Origin: an uncultured Syntrophales bacterium
Lineage (GTDB): Bacteria; Desulfobacterota; Syntrophia; Syntrophales; JADFWA01
Direction: 5' to 3'
Length of the DNA stretch: 64,000 bases
Assembly: GCA_964650385.1 (NCBI GenBank)
Contig: CAZYTP010000003.1
Location: 8,576 to 72,575 of the forward strand
Shown here: positions 51,144 to 59,999 of the stretch, in pieces
How the letters are laid out: every line of letters starts with the position of its first letter
Numbering within the stretch: position 1 is the first letter of the stretch
Notes under the pieces: model-generated
The model's database searches: none
What the model was told of the DNA's origin: nothing
What the model saw: only the letters and a program-made list of their open reading frames with translations
Program-made: the position numbers and the translations under genes

Positions 51144-54100
51144 CTAATTTCCTTCCTCAATTAACTGCACATCGAGACAAAGGCCCTGCAATTCCTTGAC
51201 GAGGACATTAAAGGATTCAGGAATCCCCGCTTCAAATTTATGCTCTCCTTTAACAATGGATTCATATACTCTTGTTCTGCCAGCTACATCATCCGATTTA
51301 ACGGTAAGAAACTCCTGCAACGCATACGCAGCACCATAGGCCTCCATCGCCCAGACCTCCATCTCACCCAACCTCTGGCCGCCAAACTGCGCTTTACCCC
51401 CGAGAGGCTGCTGAGTAACAAGAGAATAGGGCCCAATTGACCTGGCATGAATCTTATTGTCAACGAGATGGTGAAGCTTCAGCATATAAATCATTCCTAC
51501 TGTCACCTCCTGGTCAAAAGGTTCTCCAGTCCTGCCATCAAAGAGCATCGTCTGGCCACTTTCCGGAAGATCAGCCAATTTAAGCATACTCTTTATATCA
51601 TCCTCAGAGGCACCATCAAAAACAGGTGTCGCTATAGGAATACCATTTTTAAGTCTGCCGACAAATTTCTTGATTTCCTCATCAGTCGCCCCATCTATAA
51701 AAGCGTCAAATTGAGGAGAGGAGTATATCTCTTTAACTTCTTTTTTCAGGTTATCCATGCTGTATTTCGTATTTAGCAAAGAATTTACCTTGTCTCCCAA
51801 TTCTTTTGCAGCCCATCCGAGATGAGTCTCTAAGATCTGCCCCACATTCATACGCGAGGGCACCCCCAAGGGATTCAAGACTATATCAAGAGGAGTTCCG
51901 TCCTCAAAAAAAGGCATGTCTTCCTCTGGAAGTATCCTGGATAGCACTCCCTTATTACCATGTCTTCCCGCCATCTTATCACCAACAGAAAGCTTCCTTT
52001 TTATGGCCACATAAACCTTAACCATCTTGATTACTCCTGGGGGAAGTTCATCTCCAGTTTTTAATTTATCTATCTTTTCCTCAAAAAAAGCCTCCACCAA
52101 CTCTATTTTTTTAGAAAAATTTGCAAAGATAGTTTCTACCTTCTCATTCAACGCATCTTCTTCTAACAGCGATATTTCCTTCCAGAGACTAAATGGTATC
52201 ATCTCCAGGACATCTTCGGTAATCTCTTCTTCCTTTTTTAACAATCTCTTTTTCTTTTTCGGATCAACCAGCCTCGTTGCAGAAGTCTTTCCGATGAGTA
52301 AGCTTGAAATCTCCCTCTTAACATTATCGGTAATAATCCTGATTTCATCATCTCTGTCCTTGAGTAAACGCCCTATCTCTTCGTCTTCTATAATTTGCGA
52401 TCTGCGATCTTTCTCCGTCCCCTTACGGGCAAATGTCTTTGCATCTATAACTATACCCTCAACTCCAGGGGGAACACGCAGAGATGTATCCCTGACATCA
52501 CCAGCTTTTTCACCAAATATAGCCCTAAGTAACTTTTCTTCCGGAGACAGTTGTGTTTCCCCTTTTGGGGTAATCTTACCGACCAGAACATCTCCCGGTT
52601 TCACCGATACTCCTATACGAACCATCCCGCTTTCATCCAGATTCCGCAGGGTTTCCTCCCCTACATTGGGAATATCTTTGGTGATTTCCTCCTTGCCCAA
52701 TTTAGTATCCCTGGCGACCGTGTCAAATTCTTCAATATGTATAGACGTATAAATGTCCTCTTTCACCACTCTTTCACTAATCAAGATAGAGTCCTCATAA
52801 TTATATCCTCCCCAGGACATAAAGGCGACCATGACGTTTCTCCCCAGTGCCAGTTCTCCATCATTGGTTGCAGGCCCATCGGCTATCACCTCTCCTCTGT
52901 TTGCTCTATCTCCTACGTTTACAATAGCCTTATGATTGAAACATGTATCCTGATTTGAACGCTGAAACTTGGTCAGGTTATATATATCGACTCCTGTATC
53001 AAGCTGGGTTTTCCCGTCATTATCACATTCAATTACAATCCTTGACGCATCAACGCTCTTCACAACGCCAGACCTTTTAGCTATAATAACAGCACCAGAA
53101 TCCCGCGCAATAACTGACTCCATCCCCGTACCCACAAGAGGATATCCAGGTTTTACAAGCGGAACCGCCTGTCGCTGCATATTGGAACCCATCAGGGCAC
53201 GGTTGGCATCATCATGTTCCAAGAAGGGAATAAGTCCTGCGGCAACACTTACAAGTTGATTGGGAGATACATCCATAAGCTGAACTTCATCAGGCATAGC
53301 CATAACAAAGTCCTCCCCCCTCCTCGAAGAAATAAGCTTATCCTTAAATCTTCCTTTTGAATCGAGAGGAGTATCCGCCTCGGCTATAATATATTTTTCT
53401 TCCTCCATTGCTGTCAAATATTCGATATCATTCGATACTATCCCGTTCCTTACCGCCCTGTACGGAGTTTCTATAAAACCGAATTCGTTCACCCTTGCGT
53501 AGGTACTAAGAGAAACAATAAGACCTATATTGGGCCCCTCTGGGGTTTCAATAGGACATATCCGGCCATAGTGAGATGAATGTACATCTCTCACTTCAAA
53601 ACCCGCCCGCTCCCTGGTAAGTCCCCCTGGGCCAAGGGCGGATAATCTCCTTTTGTGCGTAACTTCTGAAAGCGGATTCGTCTGATCCATAAACTGTGAC
53701 AGCTGACTACTCCCAAAAAACTCATTAACAACGGCCAAAACAGGTTTAGCATTTATTAAATCATGGGGCATCATGGTTTCCACATCTTGAAGACTCATCT
53801 TCTCTTTAATAGCCCGCTCCATTCTGACCAAGCCTATCCTGTATTGATTTTCGATAAGTTCTCCAACAGATCTCGCCCTTCTGTTACCTAAATGATCAAT
53901 GTCATCAATACTGCAATCTCCCACACCATTCTTGAGATCAACAAGATATTTAACTGCCTTCAGGATATCCTCATTCCGTAACACCGTTACATCCGTAGAG
54001 ACATCCAGGCCAAGTTTATAATTCATCTTGGCTCTGCCCACATTAGAAAGATTATAGCTATCAGGATTGAAAAAGAGACTACCGAAAAACCTGCGTGCCG

Positions 54101-55238
54101 TTTCCAGAGTGGGCGGGTTGCTTGGTCGGAGTCTCCTGTATATTTCAACTATTGCGTCTTCTTCCGTGTCAACCTTATCAATCAGGAGAGTATCCCTCAT
54201 GGCAGAACTCGTTCCATCTTCGTCAAGACTAATAAACCGTAGTTCCCTGACCCCTTTTTCTCGAACTAATTCCAACCCTTCCACAGTCAATTCGCTATTG
54301 CAGTGTAACAAAACCTCTTCTGTTTCAGGATCTAATACATCCGATGAGAGCACCTTTCCAACAAGGACTTCATCACTTATCGACATTCGACCTATATTTA
54401 ATCCCGCGAGTTTTTTCAAAGCCACTTTTGATATTTTCCTGCCCTTTTTTACGATAACTTCACCGGTTTTTTTATCCTTAATATCTTCCGGGGCTCTTTC
54501 ATCAACAAGAAATTCATCCACCGACATAAAAGCCTGGCCATCCTCCAGAAATACTTTTTCAATATTATGAAAATAGCCAAGCAGATCATCGGTAGAGTTC
54601 CCCATAGCCTTTAAAAGGATAGTAACGGGCATTTTTCTTCTTCTGTCTATCCTGGCATAAAGAAAATCCTTGGAATCAAATTCAAGATCGAGCCAGGAAC
54701 CCCTGATTGGAATAATCCTTGCTGAATATATTAGTTTTCCGCTTGTATGTGTCTTTCCCTTGTCATGATCAAAAAAGATGCCGGGGGATCTGTGGAGCTG
54801 GCTGACTATAACCCGCTCCGTACCATTGACAATAAAAGTGCCATTATCTGTCATCAATGGTATCTCACCAAAGTAAATCTCCTGTTCCTTGATATCCCTG
54901 ATTGTCTTTTGCTCACTCTCCCGGTCAACATCAAAAACAACAAGTCTGACCACAATCTTCAGCGGAGCCGCATAAGTCATTCCCTTCTGAAGGCACTCTT
55001 TCACATCGTATCTGACATCCCTTATTTTGTAACTTACAAATTCCAAAGAACACTGACCGCTGAAATCCGAAATGGGAAAAACACTCTTAAAGGTACCCTG
55101 CAGACCCGAATTATCCCTCTCGGCGGGATTTATATCCCTCTGGAGGAACTTCTCATATGACTTTGTCTGGATATCAATAAGATCTGGGATATCAACTATT
55201 TTTTTAATACGACCAAAATTTTTTCTAAACCCGTCCAT
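51144..55238 (-). CDS. rpoB: DNA-directed RNA polymerase subunit beta
   Basis: 1364 aa. Contains [32 protein letters not shown]. Confidence 0.98.
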   Translation of the reverse strand: MDGFRKNFGRIKKIVDIPDLIDIQTKSYEKFLQRDINPAERDNSGLQGTFKSVFPISDFSGQCSLEFVSYKIRDVRYDVKECLQKGMTYAAPLKIVVRLVVFDVDRESEQKTIRDIKEQEIYFGEIPLMTDNGTFIVNGTERVIVSQLHRSPGIFFDHDKGKTHTSGKLIYSARIIPIRGSWLDLEFDSKDFLYARIDRRRKMPVTILLKAMGNSTDDLLGYFHNIEKVFLEDGQAFMSVDEFLVDERAPEDIKDKKTGEVIVKKGRKISKVALKKLAGLNIGRMSISDEVLVGKVLSSDVLDPETEEVLLHCNSELTVEGLELVREKGVRELRFISLDEDGTSSAMRDTLLIDKVDTEEDAIVEIYRRLRPSNPPTLETARRFFGSLFFNPDSYNLSNVGRAKMNYKLGLDVSTDVTVLRNEDILKAVKYLVDLKNGVGDCSIDDIDHLGNRRARSVGELIENQYRIGLVRMERAIKEKMSLQDVETMMPHDLINAKPVLAVVNEFFGSSQLSQFMDQTNPLSEVTHKRRLSALGPGGLTRERAGFEVRDVHSSHYGRICPIETPEGPNIGLIVSLSTYARVNEFGFIETPYRAVRNGIVSNDIEYLTAMEEEKYIIAEADTPLDSKGRFKDKLISSRRGEDFVMAMPDEVQLMDVSPNQLVSVAAGLIPFLEHDDANRALMGSNMQRQAVPLVKPGYPLVGTGMESVIARDSGAVIIAKRSGVVKSVDASRIVIECDNDGKTQLDTGVDIYNLTKFQRSNQDTCFNHKAIVNVGDRANRGEVIADGPATNDGELALGRNVMVAFMSWGGYNYEDSILISERVVKEDIYTSIHIEEFDTVARDTKLGKEEITKDIPNVGEETLRNLDESGMVRIGVSVKPGDVLVGKITPKGETQLSPEEKLLRAIFGEKAGDVRDTSLRVPPGVEGIVIDAKTFARKGTEKDRRSQIIEDEEIGRLLKDRDDEIRIITDNVKREISSLLIGKTSATRLVDPKKKKRLLKKEEEITEDVLEMIPFSLWKEISLLEEDALNEKVETIFANFSKKIELVEAFFEEKIDKLKTGDELPPGVIKMVKVYVAIKRKLSVGDKMAGRHGNKGVLSRILPEEDMPFFEDGTPLDIVLNPLGVPSRMNVGQILETHLGWAAKELGDKVNSLLNTKYSMDNLKKEVKEIYSSPQFDAFIDGATDEEIKKFVGRLKNGIPIATPVFDGASEDDIKSMLKLADLPESGQTMLFDGRTGEPFDQEVTVGMIYMLKLHHLVDNKIHARSIGPYSLVTQQPLGGKAQFGGQRLGEMEVWAMEAYGAAYALQEFLTVKSDDVAGRTRVYESIVKGEHKFEAGIPESFNVLVKELQGLCLDVQLIEEGN

Positions 55239-55322
55239 AATTCCCCTTACAGCAATTGATAGTTAAAGTTCAGTAAGCAATGGTTGGTAAAGACCACTGT
55301 ATACTGTCCACCAACTACTATT

Positions 55323-55772
55323 TTACTTAATCTCCACGCTGGCTCCTACCTCTTCCAGTTTCTTCTTAATATCATCTGCCTCATCCTTCGAAACGGCCTC
55401 TTTAACCGGCTTCGGCACACCATCGACCAAATTTTTGGCTTCTTTCAATCCCAAACCTGTCAAGGCCCTGACAACCTTTATAACCTGGATCTTCTGGTCA
55501 CCAAAACCGGAGAGTATAACATCAAATTCAGTCTTCTCTTCTTCCTGGACTACCTGTTCTGACCCTGGAGCCACAGCAGCAACCGATACTGGCGCAGCCG
55601 CGGACACACCAAACTTTTCTTCCAATTCCTTTACGAGTTGTGACAACTCGAGAACTGTCATATCTTCAATAAACTTTACAACATCTTCTTTTGTTATTTT
55701 TTCTTTCGTCACTTTTTCTTTTTGTGTTTTTTCCTTTGTTTCTTTCTCTTTTACTACCTTTTCATCTGTCAT
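55323..55772 (-). CDS. rplL: 50S ribosomal protein L7/L12 with Lys/Glu-rich N-terminal extension
   Basis: Canonical core [43 protein letters not shown] 55772 has GGAAGGA 9 nt upstream. Confidence 0.93.
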   Translation of the reverse strand: MTDEKVVKEKETKEKTQKEKVTKEKITKEDVVKFIEDMTVLELSQLVKELEEKFGVSAAAPVSVAAVAPGSEQVVQEEEKTEFDVILSGFGDQKIQVIKVVRALTGLGLKEAKNLVDGVPKPVKEAVSKDEADDIKKKLEEVGASVEIK

Positions 55773-55797
55773 TTTTCTAATTCCTTCCTAATATGTT

Positions 55798-56310
55798 TTA
55801 TTTCTCTGTCCGATAAGCGTCAAGAACTTGAACAAAACTTCTCGGAACACCATTTAGCACATTAACCAGCGAAGCTTGTGTTGCTACCAGTACGGAGAGA
55901 AGCTTTCCAAGAAGAACATCCCTACCGGGAAGTGCAGCCAGAACACATATCTCTTCCTTACTTAAAAACTTGCCATACAACATCCCTGCTTTAATTTCCA
56001 GATCCTCGTTCCTTCTGGCGAAATTAACCAGTGCTTTTGTCGGCTCAATTTCATCTCCATAACTCATGGCAATGGCAAGCGGCCCCTTGAAATACTCTTC
56101 AAGAATACTAAAATCGGTACCCTTAGAAGCGATTCCCAGAAGGGTATTCTTTGTCACCCTTAACTCGGTCGCGGATTTACGTAGCTCATTTCTTAATGAG
56201 GTAATCTCCTCCACATTTAAACCACTATAATCCACCAGAACCGCCAGCTTAACATCTTTAATTTTATCACGAAGATCAGCAACAACCAGCTCTTTAGTTT
56301 TTCGATCCAA
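55798..56310 (-). CDS. rplJ: 50S ribosomal protein L10
   Basis: 170 aa, located upstream of rplL. LRNELRKSATELRVTKNTL. Confidence 0.95.
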   Translation of the reverse strand: MDRKTKELVVADLRDKIKDVKLAVLVDYSGLNVEEITSLRNELRKSATELRVTKNTLLGIASKGTDFSILEEYFKGPLAIAMSYGDEIEPTKALVNFARRNEDLEIKAGMLYGKFLSKEEICVLAALPGRDVLLGKLLSVLVATQASLVNVLNGVPRSFVQVLDAYRTEK

Positions 56311-56559
56311 CTATTTCTAGCCTCCTTTCTTATTCTGAATTCCAAAAACCCTCACTATAAAGTAAGAATTTAGTTTGAAAATCAGAGATGCATACAGGAA
56401 GAAAAATTGAACTAATCAATCGTCTCGGCAGGCCGATTCAAATCGTTTAAACATCCCGTACCCGCTGTCTCTGACTTATTTATCAGATATCAATTCCCAA
56501 CTGAAAGCTCTTAGCAGAAACCAAGTTTCGCCACTTCGCTGACAGCTGAGCATTAATAA
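56311..56559 (-). promoter_or_regulatory. rplJ (L10) leader, probable autoregulatory RNA
   Basis: 249-nt untranslated spacer between rplA and rplJ, the usual site of the L10(L12)4-binding leader. It contains GGGAUGUUUAAAC, reminiscent of the 23S GTPase-centre sequence. The structure was not modelled. Confidence 0.4.
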
Positions 56560-57270
56560 TCATCTCAAAAGATTTCTGACATTCAGGGAATCCACCTTTA
56601 CCCCTGGACCCATAGTGGTAGAAATTGATATGTTTTTTAGATAAGTTCCTTTACTTGATGCCGGTTTCAGTTTCACGATAGTTTCTGCTAATGTTAAAAC
56701 GTTTTCCAATAATTTATCTGCCCCAAAAGAAACCTTTCCTACTGGACTATGTACAATTCCTGTTTTTTCTACTCTGAACTCAATCTTACCCGCCTTGAGT
56801 TCTTGTACAACTCTTCCTACATCAAAGGTTACTGTGCCGACTTTCGGATTCGGCATCAACCCACGCGGTCCTAAGAGTTTTCCAAGTTTTCCCACACTAC
56901 CCATCATATCAGGTGTAGCAACAACTCTGTCAAACTCAAACCAACCCTCTTTTATTTTTTCAATTATGTCATCAGAGCCAACAATATCAGCTCCCGCATC
57001 AAGGGCTTCCTTTTCTTTGTCACCCTTTGCAAAAACCAACACTCTTACAGACTTCCCCAAGCCGTTAGGAAGACCTACGCTTCCTCTAATCATCTGATCG
57101 GCATGCCTTGGATTCACACCTAATCTGATAGCTACATCGACAGTTTCGTCAAACTTTGCCCTTGAGGTGCTCACAATCAGTTCCAAAGCTTCCTTCAGAA
57201 CATATTTCTTTTCAGATTCAACCTGCTCTTTCGCTTTTAAAAAACTTTTACCTTCTTTAGGCATTGTCAT
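56560..57270 (-). CDS. rplA: 50S ribosomal protein L1
   Basis: 236 aa. Contains [20 protein letters not shown]. Start is ATG 57270 or 57264. Confidence 0.96.
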   Translation of the reverse strand: MTMPKEGKSFLKAKEQVESEKKYVLKEALELIVSTSRAKFDETVDVAIRLGVNPRHADQMIRGSVGLPNGLGKSVRVLVFAKGDKEKEALDAGADIVGSDDIIEKIKEGWFEFDRVVATPDMMGSVGKLGKLLGPRGLMPNPKVGTVTFDVGRVVQELKAGKIEFRVEKTGIVHSPVGKVSFGADKLLENVLTLAETIVKLKPASSKGTYLKNISISTTMGPGVKVDSLNVRNLLR

Positions 57271-57280
57271 TCAACCTCTT

Positions 57281-57706
57281 CTATTCTGCAATTTCAATTC
57301 CCATCGATCTTGCCGTTCCCTTTACAATGTTTTCAGCCCCTGGCATATCGAGGGCATTCAGGTCATCATATTTTAACTCGGCAATCTCTTTCACCTGTTT
57401 GGCTGTTACCGTTCCTACCTTTTCTCTTTTTGGATCTCCTGACCCCTTCGCTATTTTGGCTGCCTGTTTGAGAAGAACAGACGTCGGCGGCGTTTTGGTA
57501 ACGAAGGTAAATGATCTATCAGCATATACAGTTATTAGTACGGGTATAATCATTCCTTCCTGGTTCTGCGTCATGGCATTATATGCCTTGCAGAACTCCA
57601 TAATATTTACTCCATGTTGACCCAGGGCTGGCCCTATAGGTGGTGATGGAGAAGCTTTCCCCGCCTGAATTTGAAGTTTTATGCTTGCTATAATCTTTTT
57701 TGCCAT
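57281..57706 (-). CDS. rplK: 50S ribosomal protein L11
   Basis: Trimmed to [34 protein letters not shown]. Confidence 0.97.
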   Translation of the reverse strand: MAKKIIASIKLQIQAGKASPSPPIGPALGQHGVNIMEFCKAYNAMTQNQEGMIIPVLITVYADRSFTFVTKTPPTSVLLKQAAKIAKGSGDPKREKVGTVTAKQVKEIAELKYDDLNALDMPGAENIVKGTARSMGIEIAE

Positions 57707-57739
57707 TCTGATCACCCTATCTCCAAGTTTTCATTAATA

Positions 57740-58270
57740 TCAATTCTGGACAACCTGTATGAAATCTAATTCCACAGGCGTTGACCTGCCAAAAATACTA
57801 ACGATAACTCTTAATTTACCCTTCTCTGGTTTAACCTCGTCAACCATCCCGTCAAAGTTTGTAAATGGACCGTCTATAATTCTGACATGATCTCCAACTT
57901 CAAACTCATATTTGGGTTTCGGTTTCAAGGTTCCTTCATCTATCCTGGTTTTCAGTAATTCAACATCTTCATCCGGTATCGGAGTCGGCTTATCTTTACT
58001 TCCGACAAATCCTGTAACTTTGGGCGTATTATTCACTACATGCCAGGCTTCATCGTTCATTTCCATTCTCACAAGTATATAACAAGGAAAAAATTTCCTT
58101 TTGGAGGTTTTTTTATCCCCGCCAACCAGTTCGACGACATCCTCTTCCGGCACAAGAATATCAGAGAAATACTCCTGCATACCAGCAGATTCTATTCTCT
58201 CCTGCATGGAAAGCTTCACCTTGTTTTCAAACCCCGAATATGTGTGAATGACATACCATTTAAAGGCCAT
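57740..58270 (-). CDS. nusG: transcription termination/antitermination factor NusG
   Basis: WYVIHTYSGFENKVK with a KOW C-terminus. 176 aa. Confidence 0.96.
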   Translation of the reverse strand: MAFKWYVIHTYSGFENKVKLSMQERIESAGMQEYFSDILVPEEDVVELVGGDKKTSKRKFFPCYILVRMEMNDEAWHVVNNTPKVTGFVGSKDKPTPIPDEDVELLKTRIDEGTLKPKPKYEFEVGDHVRIIDGPFTNFDGMVDEVKPEKGKLRVIVSIFGRSTPVELDFIQVVQN

Positions 58271-58274
58271 ATAT

Positions 58275-58466
58275 TTAACCCATGAATAATCTCAATATTT
58301 TAGTAAGTCCAAAATCCACGATGCCGAGAAACATAGACACAAGGAAAGTGAAAATAACAACGATAGACGTGGAGGTAAAAGCCTGCTTTGGTGTCGGCCA
58401 TACAACCTTTTTAAGCTCAATCTTTGCCTCTTTCAAAAACTGCCTTATTTTTTGTATTCTATTCAT
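58275..58466 (-). CDS. secE: preprotein translocase subunit SecE
   Basis: 63 aa, one TM segment. FLKEAKIELKKVVWPT. Confidence 0.9.
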   Translation of the reverse strand: MNRIQKIRQFLKEAKIELKKVVWPTPKQAFTSTSIVVIFTFLVSMFLGIVDFGLTKILRLFMG

Positions 58467-58504
58467 TGATGCTTATTCTGAATTTATTTCCGTAACGATA
58501 AAAA

Positions 58505-58582
58505 TGGCAGGCCAGGAGGGAGTCGAACCCCCAGCATCCGGATTTGGAGTCCGGCGCTCTATCCAATTAGAGCTACTGGCCC
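58505..58582 (-). tRNA. tRNA-Trp (CCA anticodon)
   Basis: Reverse complement: GGGCCAGTAGCTC..CCGGACTCCAAATCCGG..GGGGGTTCGACTCCCTCCTGGCCTGCCA. Cloverleaf checked by hand; 3' CCA is encoded. Confidence 0.9.
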
Positions 58583-58710
58583 GTACCCGCATATGGGACT
58601 TACCTTAAAACGATATGTTCTCCAAGCCTTAAAATCACGAAACAACATTTTAGGCAAAGCGAAAGGAGTTTTACACAACGGTTTCTCTGCCAAGATACGC
58701 CCCATGTTAA

Positions 58711-58860
58711 CTACTTCGTTTCCCTGTGAACAGTATGGACCCGACAGAACTTACAATATTTTTTCAACTCAAGACGATCCTGCATCGTTCTCTTGTTCTT
58801 CGTTGTTGTATAATTTCTTTGCTTACATTCCGTACAAGCCAAGGTAATTATGTTTCTCAT
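58711..58860 (-). CDS. rpmG: 50S ribosomal protein L33 (zinc-ribbon form)
   Basis: Own translation: [49 protein letters not shown]. Too short for the ORF track. Confidence 0.93.
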   Translation of the reverse strand: MRNIITLACTECKQRNYTTTKNKRTMQDRLELKKYCKFCRVHTVHRETK

Positions 58861-58882
58861 TACAAACCAACTCTCTTTAAAA

Positions 58883-58958
58883 TGGAGCCCACGACCAGGA
58901 TTGAACTGGTGACCTCATCCTTACCAAGGATGTGCTCTACCGACTGAGCTACGTGGGC
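58883..58958 (-). tRNA. tRNA-Thr (GGT anticodon)
   Basis: Reverse complement: GCCCACGTAGCTCAGTCGGTAGAGCACATCCTTGGTAAGGATGAGGTCACCAGTTCAATCCTGGTCGTGGGCTCCA. Confidence 0.92.
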
Positions 58959-59104
58959 AAATTAATAAATTTAAAAAGCAATCTCTGCAGTAGCTCTAAC
59001 AGATCAGTATCGGCTCTCAGACAATTTCTCCAACTTTCAGAATACCTGCTCATCCCTCACAAATCATTCCCCTACAAACCAGACAATCATTTTTACAAAT
59101 AAAA

Positions 59105-59180
59105 TGGAGCGGGAAACGGGATTCGAACCCGCGACCCTCAGCTTGGAAGGCTGATGCTCTAGCCACTGAGCTACTCCCGC
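59105..59180 (-). tRNA. tRNA-Gly (TCC anticodon)
   Basis: Reverse complement: GCGGGAGTAGCTCAGTGGCTAGAGCATCAGCCTTCCAAGCTGAGGGTCGCGGGTTCGAATCCCGTTTCCCGCTCCA. Confidence 0.92.
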
Positions 59181-59188
59181 TTTATGTA

Positions 59189-59273
59189 TGGTGGAGGGGG
59201 GAGGATTCGAACCTCCGTAGGCTCCGCCGGCAGATTTACAGTCTGCTCCCTTTAGCCACTCGGGAACCCCTCC
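59189..59273 (-). tRNA. tRNA-Tyr (GTA anticodon, long variable arm)
   Basis: Reverse complement: GGAGGGGTTCCCGAGTGGCTAAAGGGAGCAGACTGTAAATCTGCCGGCGGAGCCTACGGAGGTTCGAATCCTCCCCCCTCCACCA. Confidence 0.92.
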
Positions 59274-59274
59274 C

Positions 59275-59350
59275 TGGAGCTGGCGATGGGACTCGAACCC
59301 GCGACCTGCTGATTACAAATCAGCTGCTCTACCAGCTGAGCTACGCCAGC
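59275..59350 (-). tRNA. tRNA-Thr (TGT anticodon)
   Basis: Reverse complement: GCTGGCGTAGCTCAGCTGGTAGAGCAGCTGATTTGTAATCAGCAGGTCGCGGGTTCGAGTCCCATCGCCAGCTCCA. Confidence 0.92.
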
Positions 59351-59388
59351 GATCTCCCAAACGACAGACCTACGCACAAGAATTTTGC

Positions 59389-59418
59389 ATAATAATATTA
59401 CAAGATACAATTTGTCAA
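59389..59418 (-). promoter_or_regulatory. candidate strong promoter of the tRNA/rpmG/secE-nusG cluster
   Basis: The minus strand reads AAAAAAATC-TTGACA, 18-nt spacer, TATTAT (an alternative TATTAT lies at 15 nt). An A-tract UP-like element sits upstream. About 35 nt ahead of the tRNA-Thr 5' end. Confidence 0.5.
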
Positions 59419-59804
59419 GATTTTTTTGGCTCTCTAATTAATTTAAAAGAAATGTTATCATAAGCAAGATTTAAAAAGGATCGCTGACTCATAATATATA
59501 TCACTGTAGAAAAGTGACAACGAATCCACGATCAAAAAGAAAACATACTGCAGGGATTTCTTTACGCTATAAAAACGGGTTTCCCCTTAAATATTACTTA
59601 TGTGTTCAAACACCATGCATATTTCTATTCGTTCTTGTGGAAATACAGTACAACTTAATACAACTTTCCTATAATTAGTCGTTTGTCAAGCATAATTTTA
59701 GGTTCCTTGCCGATTTTATCGTCACCTTCTTCGATATTTTCTTCCTGACATTCATATAATTTCGTAATACATTCCGAATTAGCTGAACTAAATAGGATGA
59801 TTAT

Positions 59805-59844
59805 ACGAAATTGAAATACCCCGCCGCCATAACGGCAGGGTATT
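59805..59844 (-). terminator. candidate terminator of the mdh/radical-SAM unit
   Basis: The minus-strand RNA forms AAUACCCUGCCG-uuaugg-CGGCGGGGUAUU (12 bp, one G-U pair), then UCAAUUUCG, a weak U tract. About 155 nt after the radical-SAM stop. Confidence 0.45.
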
Positions 59845-59999
59845 TTCAAAAAAAGCCTTCTTTGTCTTCATGGATTGTCCTCCCGCAAAAATGAATTTTT
59901 TCACAAGATTCGATTTTTTGCTTAGAAAATACAGAAAAATGGGAAGTGCGCCTCGTTGGGATTCAGCTACATGTTGACCATTACAGTTGCACTTCGCAA

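Noticed and set aside
52027-52752. A 241-aa plus-strand ORF, with others such as 54067..54570 and 50250..50546, antisense to rpoB/rpoC.
   Set aside because: These are Ser/Phe/Ile-rich mirror-frame products of highly conserved genes, with no ribosome-binding site or homology features.
59655-59849. A 64-aa minus-strand ORF in the radical-SAM/tRNA spacer.
   Set aside because: Its N-terminus (MKIPCRYGGGVFQF) is the translation of the terminator hairpin. It has no ribosome-binding site and no recognisable family.
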